From: Campylobacterota bacterium
GTDB lineage: Bacteria > Campylobacterota > Campylobacteria > Campylobacterales > Sulfurimonadaceae
Assembly: GCA_034661055.1 (NCBI GenBank)
Contig: JAYEKO010000078.1
Coordinates: 1-30,967 of the forward strand
Length of the DNA stretch: 30,967 nt
Direction of reading: 5' to 3'
The translations under genes were made by a program, and so were the position numbers. Each line of letters starts with the position of its first letter. The stretch's first letter is position 1. Below the pieces are notes generated by a model. The model searched no databases and was not told where the DNA came from. It was given only the letters and a program-made list of their open reading frames with translations. This document shows positions 1-11,778 of this stretch, one piece after another.

Positions 1-626
1 GTTTGCTCTTTTATGGTTTTGGCTAAATCTTTGAGGATCTCATCACCCATAAGGTGACCATAAGTATCGTTAAAATCTTTAAACTTGTCTATATCTAGTA
101 TGATGAAACTTAGTGGAGTTTTTTCTCGTTTGTGTCGAGCTATCTCTTTGTCAAACTCCTCTTCAAAGTATGCACGGTTATGAATCTCTGTAAGCTCATC
201 CATGTAAGCTTTCTCTTCTAACTCTTTTTGATGTTTTTTGTAGTAGCGTTTGAGCTCTATATGCTCTTTAATAGCCTCTAGTTTCTCTTCAAGTTTCTCA
301 AGATGAATAGGTTTGAGTATGTAGCCATCAACCTGCATATCTATAGCATCCATAAAGTAGCTACTTTCACTATGTGCTGTAGTGAATATAACATGTTGTT
401 TGGGATTTATCTCTTTAATAGCCTTAACCATCTCAATACCGTTCATATTTGGCATCTTAATATCTGAAACAACAATATCTGGCTTGTGCTGTTTATAGAG
501 TTTTAAACCCTCTTCTCCATCGCAAGCAATAAAAAACTCACTTGAGAAATATTTTAAAAACTTACCAAGCTGATCCCTAATACCCTCTTCATCTTCTACA
601 TAAAGAATTTTTAAATTCATATTCAT
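1..626 (-). CDS. Response regulator / diguanylate cyclase (REC-GGDEF), 3' end outside window; not in ORF track
   Basis: Manual minus-strand translation from ATG at 626: MNMNLKILYVEDEEGIRDQL...PDIVVSDIKMPNMNG...FTTAHS...GYILKP (receiver domain), then DELTEIHNR...IILDIDKFKDFNDTYGHLMGDEIL (start of a GGDEF domain). Open to the window edge; AAAGG upstream. Confidence 0.9.
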   Translation of the reverse strand, partial: MNMNLKILYVEDEEGIRDQLGKFLKYFSSEFFIACDGEEGLKLYKQHKPDIVVSDIKMPNMNGIEMVKAIKEINPKQHVIFTTAHSESSYFMDAIDMQVDGYILKPIHLEKLEEKLEAIKEHIELKRYYKKHQKELEEKAYMDELTEIHNRAYFEEEFDKEIARHKREKTPLSFIILDIDKFKDFNDTYGHLMGDEILKDLAKTIKEQ

Positions 627-699
627 AAGAATACTACCTTTATCGACTTTATCTATTGTAACTAATTTATATGTAAAAAATTATTAGAGGTGCCCTAAA

Positions 700-1101
700 T
701 TATTTTAAGATTTTGTCGCGATGACTCTCTAATGTTTTTTTATGTAATAATCGATTGAGTTTATCTTGGGTTTTAGCGGAGATGTGCTGATCTTTTAGCT
801 CGTGGTTAACTGTTTTTTCTTTAACTGTTTTTTTAGGTTTTTTCTTTTCTTTATTGGGTTTAAAGTTGTAAAGAGCGTAAAAAAAGTAGAGTGTAAATCC
901 AAAAATAAGTAGCCATTTAAGCGCAAAAAAACCTTGAACAAAAAGACTTGGTTCCTCTCTTTGTGTGAGTTCAAAAATATCACTGTAAAAAAATGAGATT
1001 TCAGTAATGGCAATAATACCAAACATAATTGTGAAAATAGTGCTAAAGTAGTTTCTAAAAATAGCGTAGGTAAAAAGGGTTCTGTAGAGTGAGCGTAACA
1101 T
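700..1101 (-). CDS. Hypothetical membrane protein (2 predicted TM segments, Lys-rich tail)
   Basis: 133 aa with two hydrophobic stretches; its start overlaps the stop of the upstream 83-aa ORF at 1101. Confidence 0.6.
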   Translation of the reverse strand: MLRSLYRTLFTYAIFRNYFSTIFTIMFGIIAITEISFFYSDIFELTQREEPSLFVQGFFALKWLLIFGFTLYFFYALYNFKPNKEKKKPKKTVKEKTVNHELKDQHISAKTQDKLNRLLHKKTLESHRDKILK

Positions 1102-1352
1102 TAAAAAAGTGTTATTCCAAAAAATGCTAAAATACCCATAAGACTCATGCTTTTAATCTTATCGATAATTTTACGCTCTTCATCAGAAATAATAACTTCA
1201 AGCTCCTCTTCACTAAAGGAGTTAATATCACGCTGTGCTAAAATAATAGTTACTTTTGCATTGTCAATAGCACGTTCTCGAATTTTAAGCCGTACTTTTT
1301 CTCGTATTGAATCCGGTAGATCTGTAATGGGTTTTATGAAATTGCTTGCCAT
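1101..1352 (-). CDS. Small hypothetical protein with C-terminal hydrophobic anchor; probably leaderless
   Basis: 83 aa, C-terminus SLMGILAFFGITLF; extended -10 TGATATAAT ends 6 nt before the ATG. Confidence 0.7.
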   Translation of the reverse strand: MASNFIKPITDLPDSIREKVRLKIRERAIDNAKVTIILAQRDINSFSEEELEVIISDEERKIIDKIKSMSLMGILAFFGITLF

Positions 1353-1358
1353 GATGGC

Positions 1359-1367
1359 ATTATATCA
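1359..1367 (-). promoter_or_regulatory. Extended -10 sigma70 promoter (TGATATAAT)
   Basis: Minus strand reads TGA TATAAT GCCATC ATG. Confidence 0.65.
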
Positions 1368-1412
1368 GTTACAAATAAATAATGGGCATCTCTAAAAACA
1401 ATACTACTAAAG

Positions 1413-2186
1413 CTAAGACACCTCAATACCAAAGAGAGCAAAAAGTGCCCCTGAAATAATCAGATAGATTCCAAAAGGGGTGAAGTTGTATTTTGAGACA
1501 ATGGCTAGGAACCATTTTACCGCTATCCAGCCCACAATAAATGAGACAATAAAGCCAACAGCCAACACCTCAATATTCTCAAATGAGAGCATCTGATACT
1601 CTTTTAAAAGCATATACCCTGACGCTGCACCCATGGTCGGAATAGCCAGCAGAAATGAGAACATCATGGCAACATCGCGTTTTAGACCAATGAGCATCGC
1701 TCCTAAAATTGTACTTCCTGAGCGTGAGACACCTGGAATTAGTGAAAAAATTTGAAAAACTCCTACTTTTAATGCCTGCATATAGGTGATATTTTCAAGA
1801 AGTCTCACATCATGGTCGCTCTCTTTGTAGAAAAACTCAATAGTTAAAAAAGCGACACCAGTTAGAATCATCAATGCAACGGTGGAGTTGGCACTAAACA
1901 TCGCCTCAATCTGTTTATGAAAGAGAAGTCCTACCGCTCCTGTTGGGATAAAGGCGACAATAAGTTTGTACCAGATGTCTAAACTCTGCATGAGACGCTC
2001 TTTAAAAATAATCATAACGGAGAAGATAGGCGCAATCTGAATAATAATGTCATAAGCAGTTTTAAAACTGTTCTGTTTTACATGTAAAAGTTGCCCTACT
2101 AAGACAAGGTGCGCAGTTGAAGAGACTGGTAAAAACTCCGTTAGTCCCTCAATAATACCTAAAATAATGGAGTCAAAAATAGTCAT
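1413..2186 (-). CDS. uppP: Undecaprenyl-diphosphate phosphatase (BacA/UppP)
   Basis: GIIEGLTEFLPVSSTAH and PGVSRSGSTI motifs; multi-TM protein, 257 aa. Confidence 0.95.
   Translation of the reverse strand: MTIFDSIILGIIEGLTEFLPVSSTAHLVLVGQLLHVKQNSFKTAYDIIIQIAPIFSVMIIFKERLMQSLDIWYKLIVAFIPTGAVGLLFHKQIEAMFSANSTVALMILTGVAFLTIEFFYKESDHDVRLLENITYMQALKVGVFQIFSLIPGVSRSGSTILGAMLIGLKRDVAMMFSFLLAIPTMGAASGYMLLKEYQMLSFENIEVLAVGFIVSFIVGWIAVKWFLAIVSKYNFTPFGIYLIISGALFALFGIEVS
2077..2088. repeat. TTTACATGTAAA palindrome, exact copy (extends to 14 bp, 2076-2089)
   Basis: In uppP, encodes LHVK. Confidence 0.9.
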
Positions 2187-2212
2187 GTAAAATCTTTATA
2201 ATTTTTTATGAA

Positions 2213-2221
2213 AGTTTAGCA
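2213..2221 (-). promoter_or_regulatory. Putative extended -10 for uppP (TGCTAAACT)
   Basis: TGn plus TAAACT on the minus strand, about 26 nt upstream of the ATG. Confidence 0.4.
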
Positions 2222-2245
2222 TAATTTTACTCTTATACATTACTG

Positions 2246-2253
2246 GATATAAT
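2246..2253 (+). promoter_or_regulatory. Putative -10 box (GATATAAT) for the aminotransferase-purA operon
   Basis: gnTATAAT about 42 nt upstream of ATG 2296; AAGGA RBS before the start. Confidence 0.55.
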
Positions 2254-2295
2254 ACGCGGTTTTGAAATAATTTTTGATATATCCAAGGAATTTTA

Positions 2296-3429
2296 ATGCT
2301 ACTTTTTACTCCCGGTCCCACTCCAGTTCCTGAAAATGTTCGTAAGGCTATGGCAGACGTGACAATTCATCATCGTACTCCTGAGTTTGAGGAGATTTTT
2401 AAACGAACTCGTGAACTTTTATTAAAGCTTTTTGCTACCGAGGAAGTCGTAGTACTCGCCTCAACTGGAACGGGTGCTATGGAAGCAGCAGTAACGAACC
2501 TATGTAACAATACACTTTTAAGTGTCAATGCCGGAAAGTTTGGTGAGCGTTTTGGAAAAATTGCACGGGCATCAGATCTTAAAAATGTTGAACTCAAATA
2601 TGAGTGGAATACTCCAACAACAGTTGAAGATGTTGTTGCAGCAGTAAGAGACAACAGTAATATTGATGCGGTAGCAATTCAGATCTGTGAAAGTGCTGGT
2701 GGACTTCGTCATCCTGTTGAAGAGATTGCCGCAGCAGTTAAGGCTATTAATTCTGAGATAATGATTATTGCAGATGGGATTACAGCGATTGGTGTTGAAC
2801 GTATTGATGTTACCAATATTGACTGTGTCATTGCAGGAAGCCAAAAAGCATTTATGTTACCTCCGGGTCTCTCAATGCTCGGTCTTAGCAGTGCTGCCGT
2901 AAGTAAGGTTGGAGAAGGTAAAGGGTATTACCTTAATCTTGCATCTGAAATTAAAAAACAGCAACAAAACACAACAGCATATACTGCTGCAACAACTCTT
3001 ATTATCGGACTTTTAGAAGTTTTAGAGATGATTGAAGCGTATGAAAACGGTGGTGCTGGTAAATTGTATTGTGACACGGCACGTCGTGCTAAAGCGGTAC
3101 GTTTTGCACTTGAGGCTATTGGTTTACATGTATATCCTCAGGCTCCTGCAAAAGCGATGACGACAATTGATGATGATAATGCTGCCGAGATTCGTACTAT
3201 GCTAAAAACAGACTTTGGCGTTAATGTTGCAGGGGGCCAAGACCATCTTAAAGGTAAAATTTTTAGAATTAATCAGATGGGCCTTATTGAGCTAAGCGAT
3301 ATGGCATGGGTCGTTAACAGTGTAGAGCTCTGTCTAGCAACACTTGGACGTCGTAAATATGACGGAACTGCTAGTAGAGTTTTTAATGAAGAGTACTTTA
3401 AAACAAAATTGGCACCAAAAGAGAAGTAG
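2296..3429 (+). CDS. Class V PLP-dependent aminotransferase (alanine-glyoxylate/serine-pyruvate family)
   Basis: LFTPGPTPVP, HHRTPEF, TGTGAMEA, and PLP-lysine motif GSQKAFMLPPGL. Confidence 0.9.
   Translation: MLLFTPGPTPVPENVRKAMADVTIHHRTPEFEEIFKRTRELLLKLFATEEVVVLASTGTGAMEAAVTNLCNNTLLSVNAGKFGERFGKIARASDLKNVELKYEWNTPTTVEDVVAAVRDNSNIDAVAIQICESAGGLRHPVEEIAAAVKAINSEIMIIADGITAIGVERIDVTNIDCVIAGSQKAFMLPPGLSMLGLSSAAVSKVGEGKGYYLNLASEIKKQQQNTTAYTAATTLIIGLLEVLEMIEAYENGGAGKLYCDTARRAKAVRFALEAIGLHVYPQAPAKAMTTIDDDNAAEIRTMLKTDFGVNVAGGQDHLKGKIFRINQMGLIELSDMAWVVNSVELCLATLGRRKYDGTASRVFNEEYFKTKLAPKEK
3123..3134. repeat. Palindrome variant TTTACATGTATA (11/12)
   Basis: In aminotransferase, encodes LHVY. Confidence 0.75.
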
Positions 3430-5540
<2,111 letters not shown>

Positions 5541-5549
5541 GGATAACTT

Positions 5550-5969
5550 GTGAAAACACGCTTTACACAGCTGGTTAAATATAAAGACAGTGAGATGCAA
5601 AAGTGTGAGCGTGAGCTTTTACATGTAAATAATCAGCTTGGGGACGCTAAAGAAAAACTCCAAAACTCCTACGAGGTTTTAAGTCAACTGCAAACACCTC
5701 AAGAGGGTGAAATACGGACATTTGTACAGTCTAGAACCTCCTTGACAATTCAGCGCGATATTATAAAACAGCATACTCAAGAGGTCGATGTAATTACCAA
5801 TCGTGCCAATCAAGCTAAAGAGACACTAAAACTTGCTATGATTGAATATGAAAAATTTAAATATCTTGAGGCTGAACAGATTAAGAAGATAATGAAAAAA
5901 CGACAGGAAGCTGAAGTTAAAGAGCTTGATGAGGCTGCACTACAAACATTTATAGGTAAAAAAAGATGA
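5550..5969 (+). CDS. fliJ: Flagellar export protein FliJ-like
   Basis: 139-aa coiled coil with EYEKFKYL and KELDE; GTG start with GAGGA RBS; purA-fliJ order as in Helicobacter. Confidence 0.75.
   Translation: MKTRFTQLVKYKDSEMQKCERELLHVNNQLGDAKEKLQNSYEVLSQLQTPQEGEIRTFVQSRTSLTIQRDIIKQHTQEVDVITNRANQAKETLKLAMIEYEKFKYLEAEQIKKIMKKRQEAEVKELDEAALQTFIGKKR
5618..5629. repeat. TTTACATGTAAA palindrome, exact copy
   Basis: In fliJ, encodes LHVN. Confidence 0.9.
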
Positions 5970-6487
5970 TACGACTGCTACTTGGATGGTTACTAATTTT
6001 TAATTCACTTCTAGCTATTGAGGGAACCGATAAAATCTTCGATTGTACTAAGATTTTTGAAGAGCGTAAGGGGGAGTTGCTAGTTGAGTTAGAGCGACTT
6101 GATGAACAGCGTCAAGCTCTTGATGCACTTAAAACTGCAACCGATGAGCTTTTAAACAAAAAGCAGGTGATGCTAGAGGCCAAAGATCAAAACGTGACTG
6201 CAAAACTTACTGAGGTAAAAGATCGTGAAGCAAAAATAGAGAAGATGCTTCAAGAGAACAGAAAAATACTCGATGAGCTTAAAAATACAAAAATGGATAG
6301 TGTCTCACAGACCTATGCAAAAATGAAAGCTGGTGCCGCTGCACAGATTTTAAGTGATATGAATATTACAGAGTCATCTAAAATTCTCAGCTCATTAAAG
6401 CCTAAAACTGTTGGTAAGATTTTTGCAAAAATGGATCCAAAAAAGGCCTCCGAAATCACTTTAGAGTTGACTAAATCTCCAAAATAA
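5966..6487 (+). CDS. MotE/FlbB-like flagellar-associated exported coiled-coil protein
   Basis: Signal peptide, coiled coil, C-terminal YAKMKAGAAAQILSDM...KIFAKMDPKKASEI (MgtE-N-like); follows fliJ. Confidence 0.7.
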   Translation: MIRLLLGWLLIFNSLLAIEGTDKIFDCTKIFEERKGELLVELERLDEQRQALDALKTATDELLNKKQVMLEAKDQNVTAKLTEVKDREAKIEKMLQENRKILDELKNTKMDSVSQTYAKMKAGAAAQILSDMNITESSKILSSLKPKTVGKIFAKMDPKKASEITLELTKSPK

Positions 6488-6545
6488 TCAAATATTTAAC
6501 TTTCATACTGTAGAATACGCAAAATTATAATATTAGGGTAGTTGT

Positions 6546-7097
6546 ATGAAAGTCACTCTTGCACATGTACCACATGTATCGAACAAAATAGCAATTGATC
6601 TTAATAAAAGTGGATTAGTTCATATGACTAGCGGCTTAGATGCTGTTAGTAAAGAAGCTGAGAACATATTAGTTCAAAACATTAAACAAGAGCAGGCTTT
6701 AGAAGAGAAAGTCAATGAGATTGTTGATGCCAATGAAGAGGAGATAGACTTTTACTTGGCTGATGAGCGACAGCTCTTTTGGATGATTAAGAAGAAACTT
6801 GCCCCAGAATTTGGTGTAATTCTCTCTTATGAAGATCGTTTTTCTGATGTTGCTCATAAAATTCTTGATGCTCTTTATGAAGAGGACTTAATCAACTATG
6901 ATGTTACAGAAAATCGCATCAAAAATGTTATTTATGATGCGATTACCTCATTTATATCTGACAACGGCGATATTGAAGAGGAAGTTATTGAGAAGATGCG
7001 ATCATATAAACGTCAGTACATACCAGGGACTGATGAGTATGAGATTTTATATGACAAACTTTATCAAGAAGAGTTACAGAAAAAAGGAATGGCGTAA
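6546..7097 (+). CDS. DUF507-family protein
   Basis: 183 aa, acidic, with RSYKRQYIPGTDEYEILYDKLYQEEL; lies next to carA as in other Campylobacterota. Confidence 0.75.
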   Translation: MKVTLAHVPHVSNKIAIDLNKSGLVHMTSGLDAVSKEAENILVQNIKQEQALEEKVNEIVDANEEEIDFYLADERQLFWMIKKKLAPEFGVILSYEDRFSDVAHKILDALYEEDLINYDVTENRIKNVIYDAITSFISDNGDIEEEVIEKMRSYKRQYIPGTDEYEILYDKLYQEELQKKGMA

Positions 7098-8224
7098 TGA
7101 ATGATGCTTGGATCTATTTAGAAAATGGGACTTTTTTAAAAGCTAAAAGCTTTGGTGCGGACACTACCTCTGTAGGGGAGATAGTTTTTAATACTTCAAT
7201 GAGTGGTTATCAAGAGATTATGTCTGATCCTTCATACGCAGGGCAATTTGTTACGTTTACAGCTCCAGAAATTGGTAATGTGGGTGTTAATGCTCAAGAT
7301 ATGGAGAGTTCTAAAGCTCATGCTAAAGGGATGATAGTACGTAAATATCAGAAGCGTTATTCTAACTTTAGAGCTGAAGATTCTCTTGATGCGTTCTTAA
7401 AAGAGAATAACTGTATGGGTATTTGTGATATAGACACAAGATACTTAACAAAGATGCTACGTTCAGAAGGTGCTATGATGATGGTCGCATCAACTAAAAT
7501 TAGCGATAAAGAAGAACTTAAAAGTATCCTTGAAAACGCACCACGCATAGAAGATGTTAATTATATTGAGCAGGTGAGTACAAAGGAGTCTTATTTACAT
7601 GTAGATGGAACGTATGATGTACAAAAGTTTGTCTATAAAGAAGCCCCAGCACCGCAAGCAAAGATTGTAGCTATCGACTTTGGTGTTAAGCGTAACATCT
7701 TAAATGAGTTAACTCAGGCAGGTATTGCTGTAGAAGTTATTCCAAATGATTTTAGTGCAGACGCTTTAGTTGAGCGTTACAAAGCTAAAGATATTGACGG
7801 TGTCTTTTTATCAAATGGTCCAGGAGACCCTCTTGTTCTAAAAAAAGAGCAAGAGCAGATAAAAAAACTTATTGCCGCTAAAGTACCGATGTTTGGAATA
7901 TGTTTAGGACACCAGTTACTCTCAATTTCACATGGCTACGATACATTTAAGTTAAAATTTGGACACCATGGCGGAAATCACCCGGTAAAAAATATTGAAA
8001 CTGGTATGGTGGAGATTACAGCACAAAATCATAACTATAACGTCCCAGACAATATTACTGAAATTGCAACAGTGACCCATACAAATTTATTTGACAATAC
8101 AATTGAAGGCTTAAAATATAGTGATGCTCCAATTTTTTCAGTTCAGCATCACCCAGAGGCGAGTCCTGGTCCAAAAGAGAGTCAATACATATTTAGTGAG
8201 TTTCTTTCTCTGCTTAAAAGATAA
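7097..8224 (+). CDS. carA: Carbamoyl-phosphate synthase small (glutaminase) subunit
   Basis: GEIVFNTSMSGYQE, LSNGPGDP, GICLGHQ, QHHPEASPGP. Confidence 0.98.
   Translation: MNDAWIYLENGTFLKAKSFGADTTSVGEIVFNTSMSGYQEIMSDPSYAGQFVTFTAPEIGNVGVNAQDMESSKAHAKGMIVRKYQKRYSNFRAEDSLDAFLKENNCMGICDIDTRYLTKMLRSEGAMMMVASTKISDKEELKSILENAPRIEDVNYIEQVSTKESYLHVDGTYDVQKFVYKEAPAPQAKIVAIDFGVKRNILNELTQAGIAVEVIPNDFSADALVERYKAKDIDGVFLSNGPGDPLVLKKEQEQIKKLIAAKVPMFGICLGHQLLSISHGYDTFKLKFGHHGGNHPVKNIETGMVEITAQNHNYNVPDNITEIATVTHTNLFDNTIEGLKYSDAPIFSVQHHPEASPGPKESQYIFSEFLSLLKR
7594..7605. repeat. Palindrome variant TTTACATGTAGA (11/12)
   Basis: In the carA inter-domain linker, encodes LHVD. Confidence 0.75.
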
Positions 8225-8241
8225 AAGGGGAATAACCCCTT
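8225..8241 (+). terminator. Short hairpin after carA
   Basis: AAGGGG-AATAA-CCCCTT immediately after the stop; no clear U-tract on the + strand. Confidence 0.45.
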
Positions 8242-8290
8242 AAATTCCATACTTCTAGCTAAACCACAAAAAATTTCTAATACTAAAAAT

Positions 8291-8305
8291 GTTACTAAAA
8301 TGTTA
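8291..8305 (+). promoter_or_regulatory. Candidate OmpR/PhoB-family direct-repeat site upstream of ccoN
   Basis: GTTACTAAAATGTTA; TGTTA repeated at 11-bp spacing. Confidence 0.3.
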
Positions 8306-8426
8306 AATATTATAAAAATATTAAAATTTAAGATTAAATAAATCGCCTTAAAGATATTATTATGCTGTTAAATAATTTATTTTTTAAAAATAGATTGTTA
8401 CGCTTTGAATCTTAAGGAGGCTGTAT

Positions 8427-9908
8427 ATGGAGAATCGTCCATTAGAGTACGACTACACGGTTGCTAAATGGTTTATGTTTACAACTATTGTGCTTGGTAT
8501 TGTTGGAATGCTTGTTGGTGTTATTTTAGCATTTCAATTAGCATATCCTGAACTTAACCTGTTTTTAGGTGAAGGTTTAGCTGAATATACTAACTTTAGT
8601 CGTCTTCGTCCACTGCATACAGATGCAGTAATTTTTGGTTTTACGGTAAGTGGGATTTTTGCAACTTGGTACTATGTGGGACAACGTGTTCTAAAAGTAT
8701 CTATGGCAGAGTCACCATTTTTGATGTTTATTGGTAAACTACAGTTTGTACTTTATCTACTAACAGTTGCGGCTGTTGTTGTATCTCTACTTTTAGGTAT
8801 TACAACATCAAAAGAGTACGCAGAATTTGAATGGCCTATTGATATTGCTATTGTTGTTGTATGGGTACTTTTTGGTATTAGTATTTTCGGACTAATTGGT
8901 ATTCGTCGTGAAAAAGCACTATATATCTCTATCTGGTACTATATTGCGACATTCTTAGGTGTAGCAATGCTTTATCTATTCAACAACATGGAAATTCCTA
9001 CATATTTCGCTTCTGGTGGAATTGGCGCATGGTACCACTCAGTATCAATGTACTCTGGAACAAATGATGCGTTGGTTCAATGGTGGTATGGTCATAATGC
9101 GGTTGCATTTGGTTTTACAGTGCCTATTGTAGGAATGATTTATTACTTCCTACCAAAAGAGTCTGGTCAGGCAATTTATTCATATAAACTGTCACTACTA
9201 TCTTTTTGGGGATTAATGTTTGTTTATTTATGGGCAGGTGGTCACCACCTACTGTTCTCTACAGTTCCAGATTGGATGCAGACAATGGGATCAGTATTCT
9301 CAATTGTACTAATTCTACCTTCTTGGGGTTCTGCGATTAATATGCTTCTGACAATGAAGGGTGAGTGGCAACAAGTTGCATCATCTCCATTGATTAAGTT
9401 TATGATTCTTGCATCAACATTCTATATGTTCTCAACATTAGAAGGTCCAATTCAAGCAATTAAATCAGTAAATGCGATTGCACACTTTACAGACTGGATT
9501 GTTGGTCACGTACATGATGGTGTTCTTGGATGGGTTGTTTTCATGATTATGGCAGCACTTTTCCACATGGCTCCACGTGTATTTAAACGTGAGATTTACT
9601 CTAAATCTATGATGAATAACCAGTTTTGGTTACAGACTTTAGGTGTTATTCTTTACTTTACATCTATGTGGATTGCAGGTATTACTCAAGGTATGATGTG
9701 GCGTGCTCACGATGAATTTGGTAACTTAGCGTACTCTTTCATTGATACAGTAACTGTATTACACCCATACTATACAATTCGTGCGGTTGGTGGACTGTTA
9801 TACCTAGTTGGTTTCTTCATGTTCGCTTACAATATTTATAAAACTATGACGGTAGGTCGTAAAGTTGAAGAGAATGAACTTCAAACTGCATCGCCTATGG
9901 GCGCATAA
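8427..9908 (+). CDS. ccoN: cbb3-type cytochrome c oxidase subunit I
   Basis: RLRPLHT, KEYAEFEWPID, QWWYGHNAV, WAGGHHL, WIVGHVH; AAGGAGG RBS. Confidence 0.98.
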   Translation: MENRPLEYDYTVAKWFMFTTIVLGIVGMLVGVILAFQLAYPELNLFLGEGLAEYTNFSRLRPLHTDAVIFGFTVSGIFATWYYVGQRVLKVSMAESPFLMFIGKLQFVLYLLTVAAVVVSLLLGITTSKEYAEFEWPIDIAIVVVWVLFGISIFGLIGIRREKALYISIWYYIATFLGVAMLYLFNNMEIPTYFASGGIGAWYHSVSMYSGTNDALVQWWYGHNAVAFGFTVPIVGMIYYFLPKESGQAIYSYKLSLLSFWGLMFVYLWAGGHHLLFSTVPDWMQTMGSVFSIVLILPSWGSAINMLLTMKGEWQQVASSPLIKFMILASTFYMFSTLEGPIQAIKSVNAIAHFTDWIVGHVHDGVLGWVVFMIMAALFHMAPRVFKREIYSKSMMNNQFWLQTLGVILYFTSMWIAGITQGMMWRAHDEFGNLAYSFIDTVTVLHPYYTIRAVGGLLYLVGFFMFAYNIYKTMTVGRKVEENELQTASPMGA

Positions 9909-9924
9909 GAGAGAGGGGTAAAAT

Positions 9925-10617
9925 ATGTTTCATTGGTTAGAAAAACACCCGTTCTTTTTTGCGGTTGTCTTATTTATTACAATTGCTTTTGCAGGTTTAG
10001 TAGAAATTCTTCCAAACTTTGCTCAGGCGTCAAGCCCAACTGTTGGTACAAAACCGTACTCAACTTTAGAGCTTACAGGTCGTCATGTTTACATCAAAAA
10101 TAGCTGTAACGCATGTCACTCACAATTAGTTCGTCCGTTTAAGTCTGAAACTGACCGTTACGGTGACTACTCATTAAGTGGTGAGTATGCATATGATCGT
10201 CCATTCTTATGGGGATCTAAACGTACAGGTCCAGACTTAATGCGTGTAGGTAACTACCGTACAACAGACTGGCATGAGAACCACATGATGGATCCAGCTG
10301 GTGTTGTTCCAGGTTCAATTATGCCGGCATACAGATGGATGTTTACGAATATTGCAGATGTTGATACAGCATATGCAGAGCAGATAACTATTAAAAATGT
10401 ATTTAATGTGCCTTACAATAAACCGGTTCCTATGAAAGACGGTAGCACAGAAACAGTAGAACTAGCAGATACTCTTGAAGGTGCACATGCATCAGCATTG
10501 GAAGAAGCAAAATTAGTTGCTGCTGACATGAAAAATCAAGATGTAAAAGATGCAATTGCAGCAGGACAGATTCCTGAGATTGTTGCGTTAATTGCATATA
10601 TGAATAGTTTAAAATAG
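9925..10617 (+). CDS. ccoO: cbb3-type cytochrome c oxidase subunit II (monohaem)
   Basis: CNACHSQLVRP, WGSKRTGPDL, PGSIMPAY. Confidence 0.97.
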   Translation: MFHWLEKHPFFFAVVLFITIAFAGLVEILPNFAQASSPTVGTKPYSTLELTGRHVYIKNSCNACHSQLVRPFKSETDRYGDYSLSGEYAYDRPFLWGSKRTGPDLMRVGNYRTTDWHENHMMDPAGVVPGSIMPAYRWMFTNIADVDTAYAEQITIKNVFNVPYNKPVPMKDGSTETVELADTLEGAHASALEEAKLVAADMKNQDVKDAIAAGQIPEIVALIAYMNSLK

Positions 10618-10630
10618 GTAAGGTTTTATA

Positions 10631-10849
10631 GTGGATATTGCTGAATTACAAGCTTACGGTTATTTTTTTCTAACAGCGTTTTTGGTATTTGTACTTTATG
10701 GGTACATCTACCATCTTTATAGCTCTGAAAAAAAAGGTGAACGTGATTATGAAAAATATGGCAATATAGCTTTAAATGATGAAATAACCGATAAACCGGT
10801 TGAAGAGATCTCAAAAGATGATGATGAGACTCTAAAAAAGGAGGCATAA
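10631..10849 (+). CDS. ccoQ: cbb3-type cytochrome c oxidase subunit CcoQ
   Basis: 72 aa with a single TM, lies between ccoO and ccoP; DYEKY..IALND. Confidence 0.9.
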   Translation: MDIAELQAYGYFFLTAFLVFVLYGYIYHLYSSEKKGERDYEKYGNIALNDEITDKPVEEISKDDDETLKKEA

Positions 10850-11767
10850 ATGAATAAATTGGTACTCTGGGGAATACTAATTACTGTTGCAATGCTTGGA
10901 TTTACATATATGGCAGTTGGTGGGTCTAAAGGTGGACTTAACGGTGACATTGTAAATATCTTAACTATTGCTGCAGCTGTAGTTCTAGTACTTGTAACTG
11001 TATTTGTTGTAATTAAGTATGTTCGTCAAATGCAAACAGACACCGCAACAGGTGAGCTTTGTGATGAGAACTGGGATGGTATTGGTGAGTATAAGAATGA
11101 ACTTCCTATGGGTTGGGCTATTCTTTTCTTAATTCTAAATATTTGGTCAATCTGGTATATGCTAATGGGTTATCCTGTAAATGCATATTCACAAATTGGT
11201 GAGTATAATGAAGATTCAAAAGTACACAATGACAAGTTTAAAGCTAAATATGCATCAATTACTGGTGAACTTTTAGTGGATATGGGTGAATCAGTATTTT
11301 TGGCAGAATGTAAAGTGTGTCATGGTCTAACGGCTGATGGTATTGATGGTAAAGCTGCTAACTTAAATCAGCGTATTGAAGCGGTTTCTGTAAAGCATGT
11401 TGTTGAGAATGGTTCAAACTTCTTAGGCTATGCTGCTCCAATGCCAGATCGTAATGGTCTATTTAACATGAATACTGGTGCATTAATTACTGATGCTGAA
11501 ATCGCTACTGTTTCTACTTATGTAGCAAATGGTATGAGTGGTGACGGTGCTGACATATATACTGGAGCATGTGCTGCATGTCACAGTGCAGATGGCAAAG
11601 GTATGGATTTTGTAGCTCCAAATATTGCAGCTTACGATATTAAAACAGTTAAAGCTGTTCTTAATAATGGTAAAAAAGGTGCAATTGGTGCAATGCCAGC
11701 ATTTAATAGATTAAATGACAAGCAAAAAGAGGCTGTTGGTGCTTATATCAGTAGCATCAGTAAGTAA
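10850..11767 (+). CDS. ccoP: cbb3-type cytochrome c oxidase subunit III (dihaem)
   Basis: WDGIGEYKNELP.GW N-terminal motif; haem motifs CKVCH and CAACH; GAMPAF. Confidence 0.95.
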   Translation: MNKLVLWGILITVAMLGFTYMAVGGSKGGLNGDIVNILTIAAAVVLVLVTVFVVIKYVRQMQTDTATGELCDENWDGIGEYKNELPMGWAILFLILNIWSIWYMLMGYPVNAYSQIGEYNEDSKVHNDKFKAKYASITGELLVDMGESVFLAECKVCHGLTADGIDGKAANLNQRIEAVSVKHVVENGSNFLGYAAPMPDRNGLFNMNTGALITDAEIATVSTYVANGMSGDGADIYTGACAACHSADGKGMDFVAPNIAAYDIKTVKAVLNNGKKGAIGAMPAFNRLNDKQKEAVGAYISSISK

Positions 11768-11778
11768 GGAGAGTTAGT

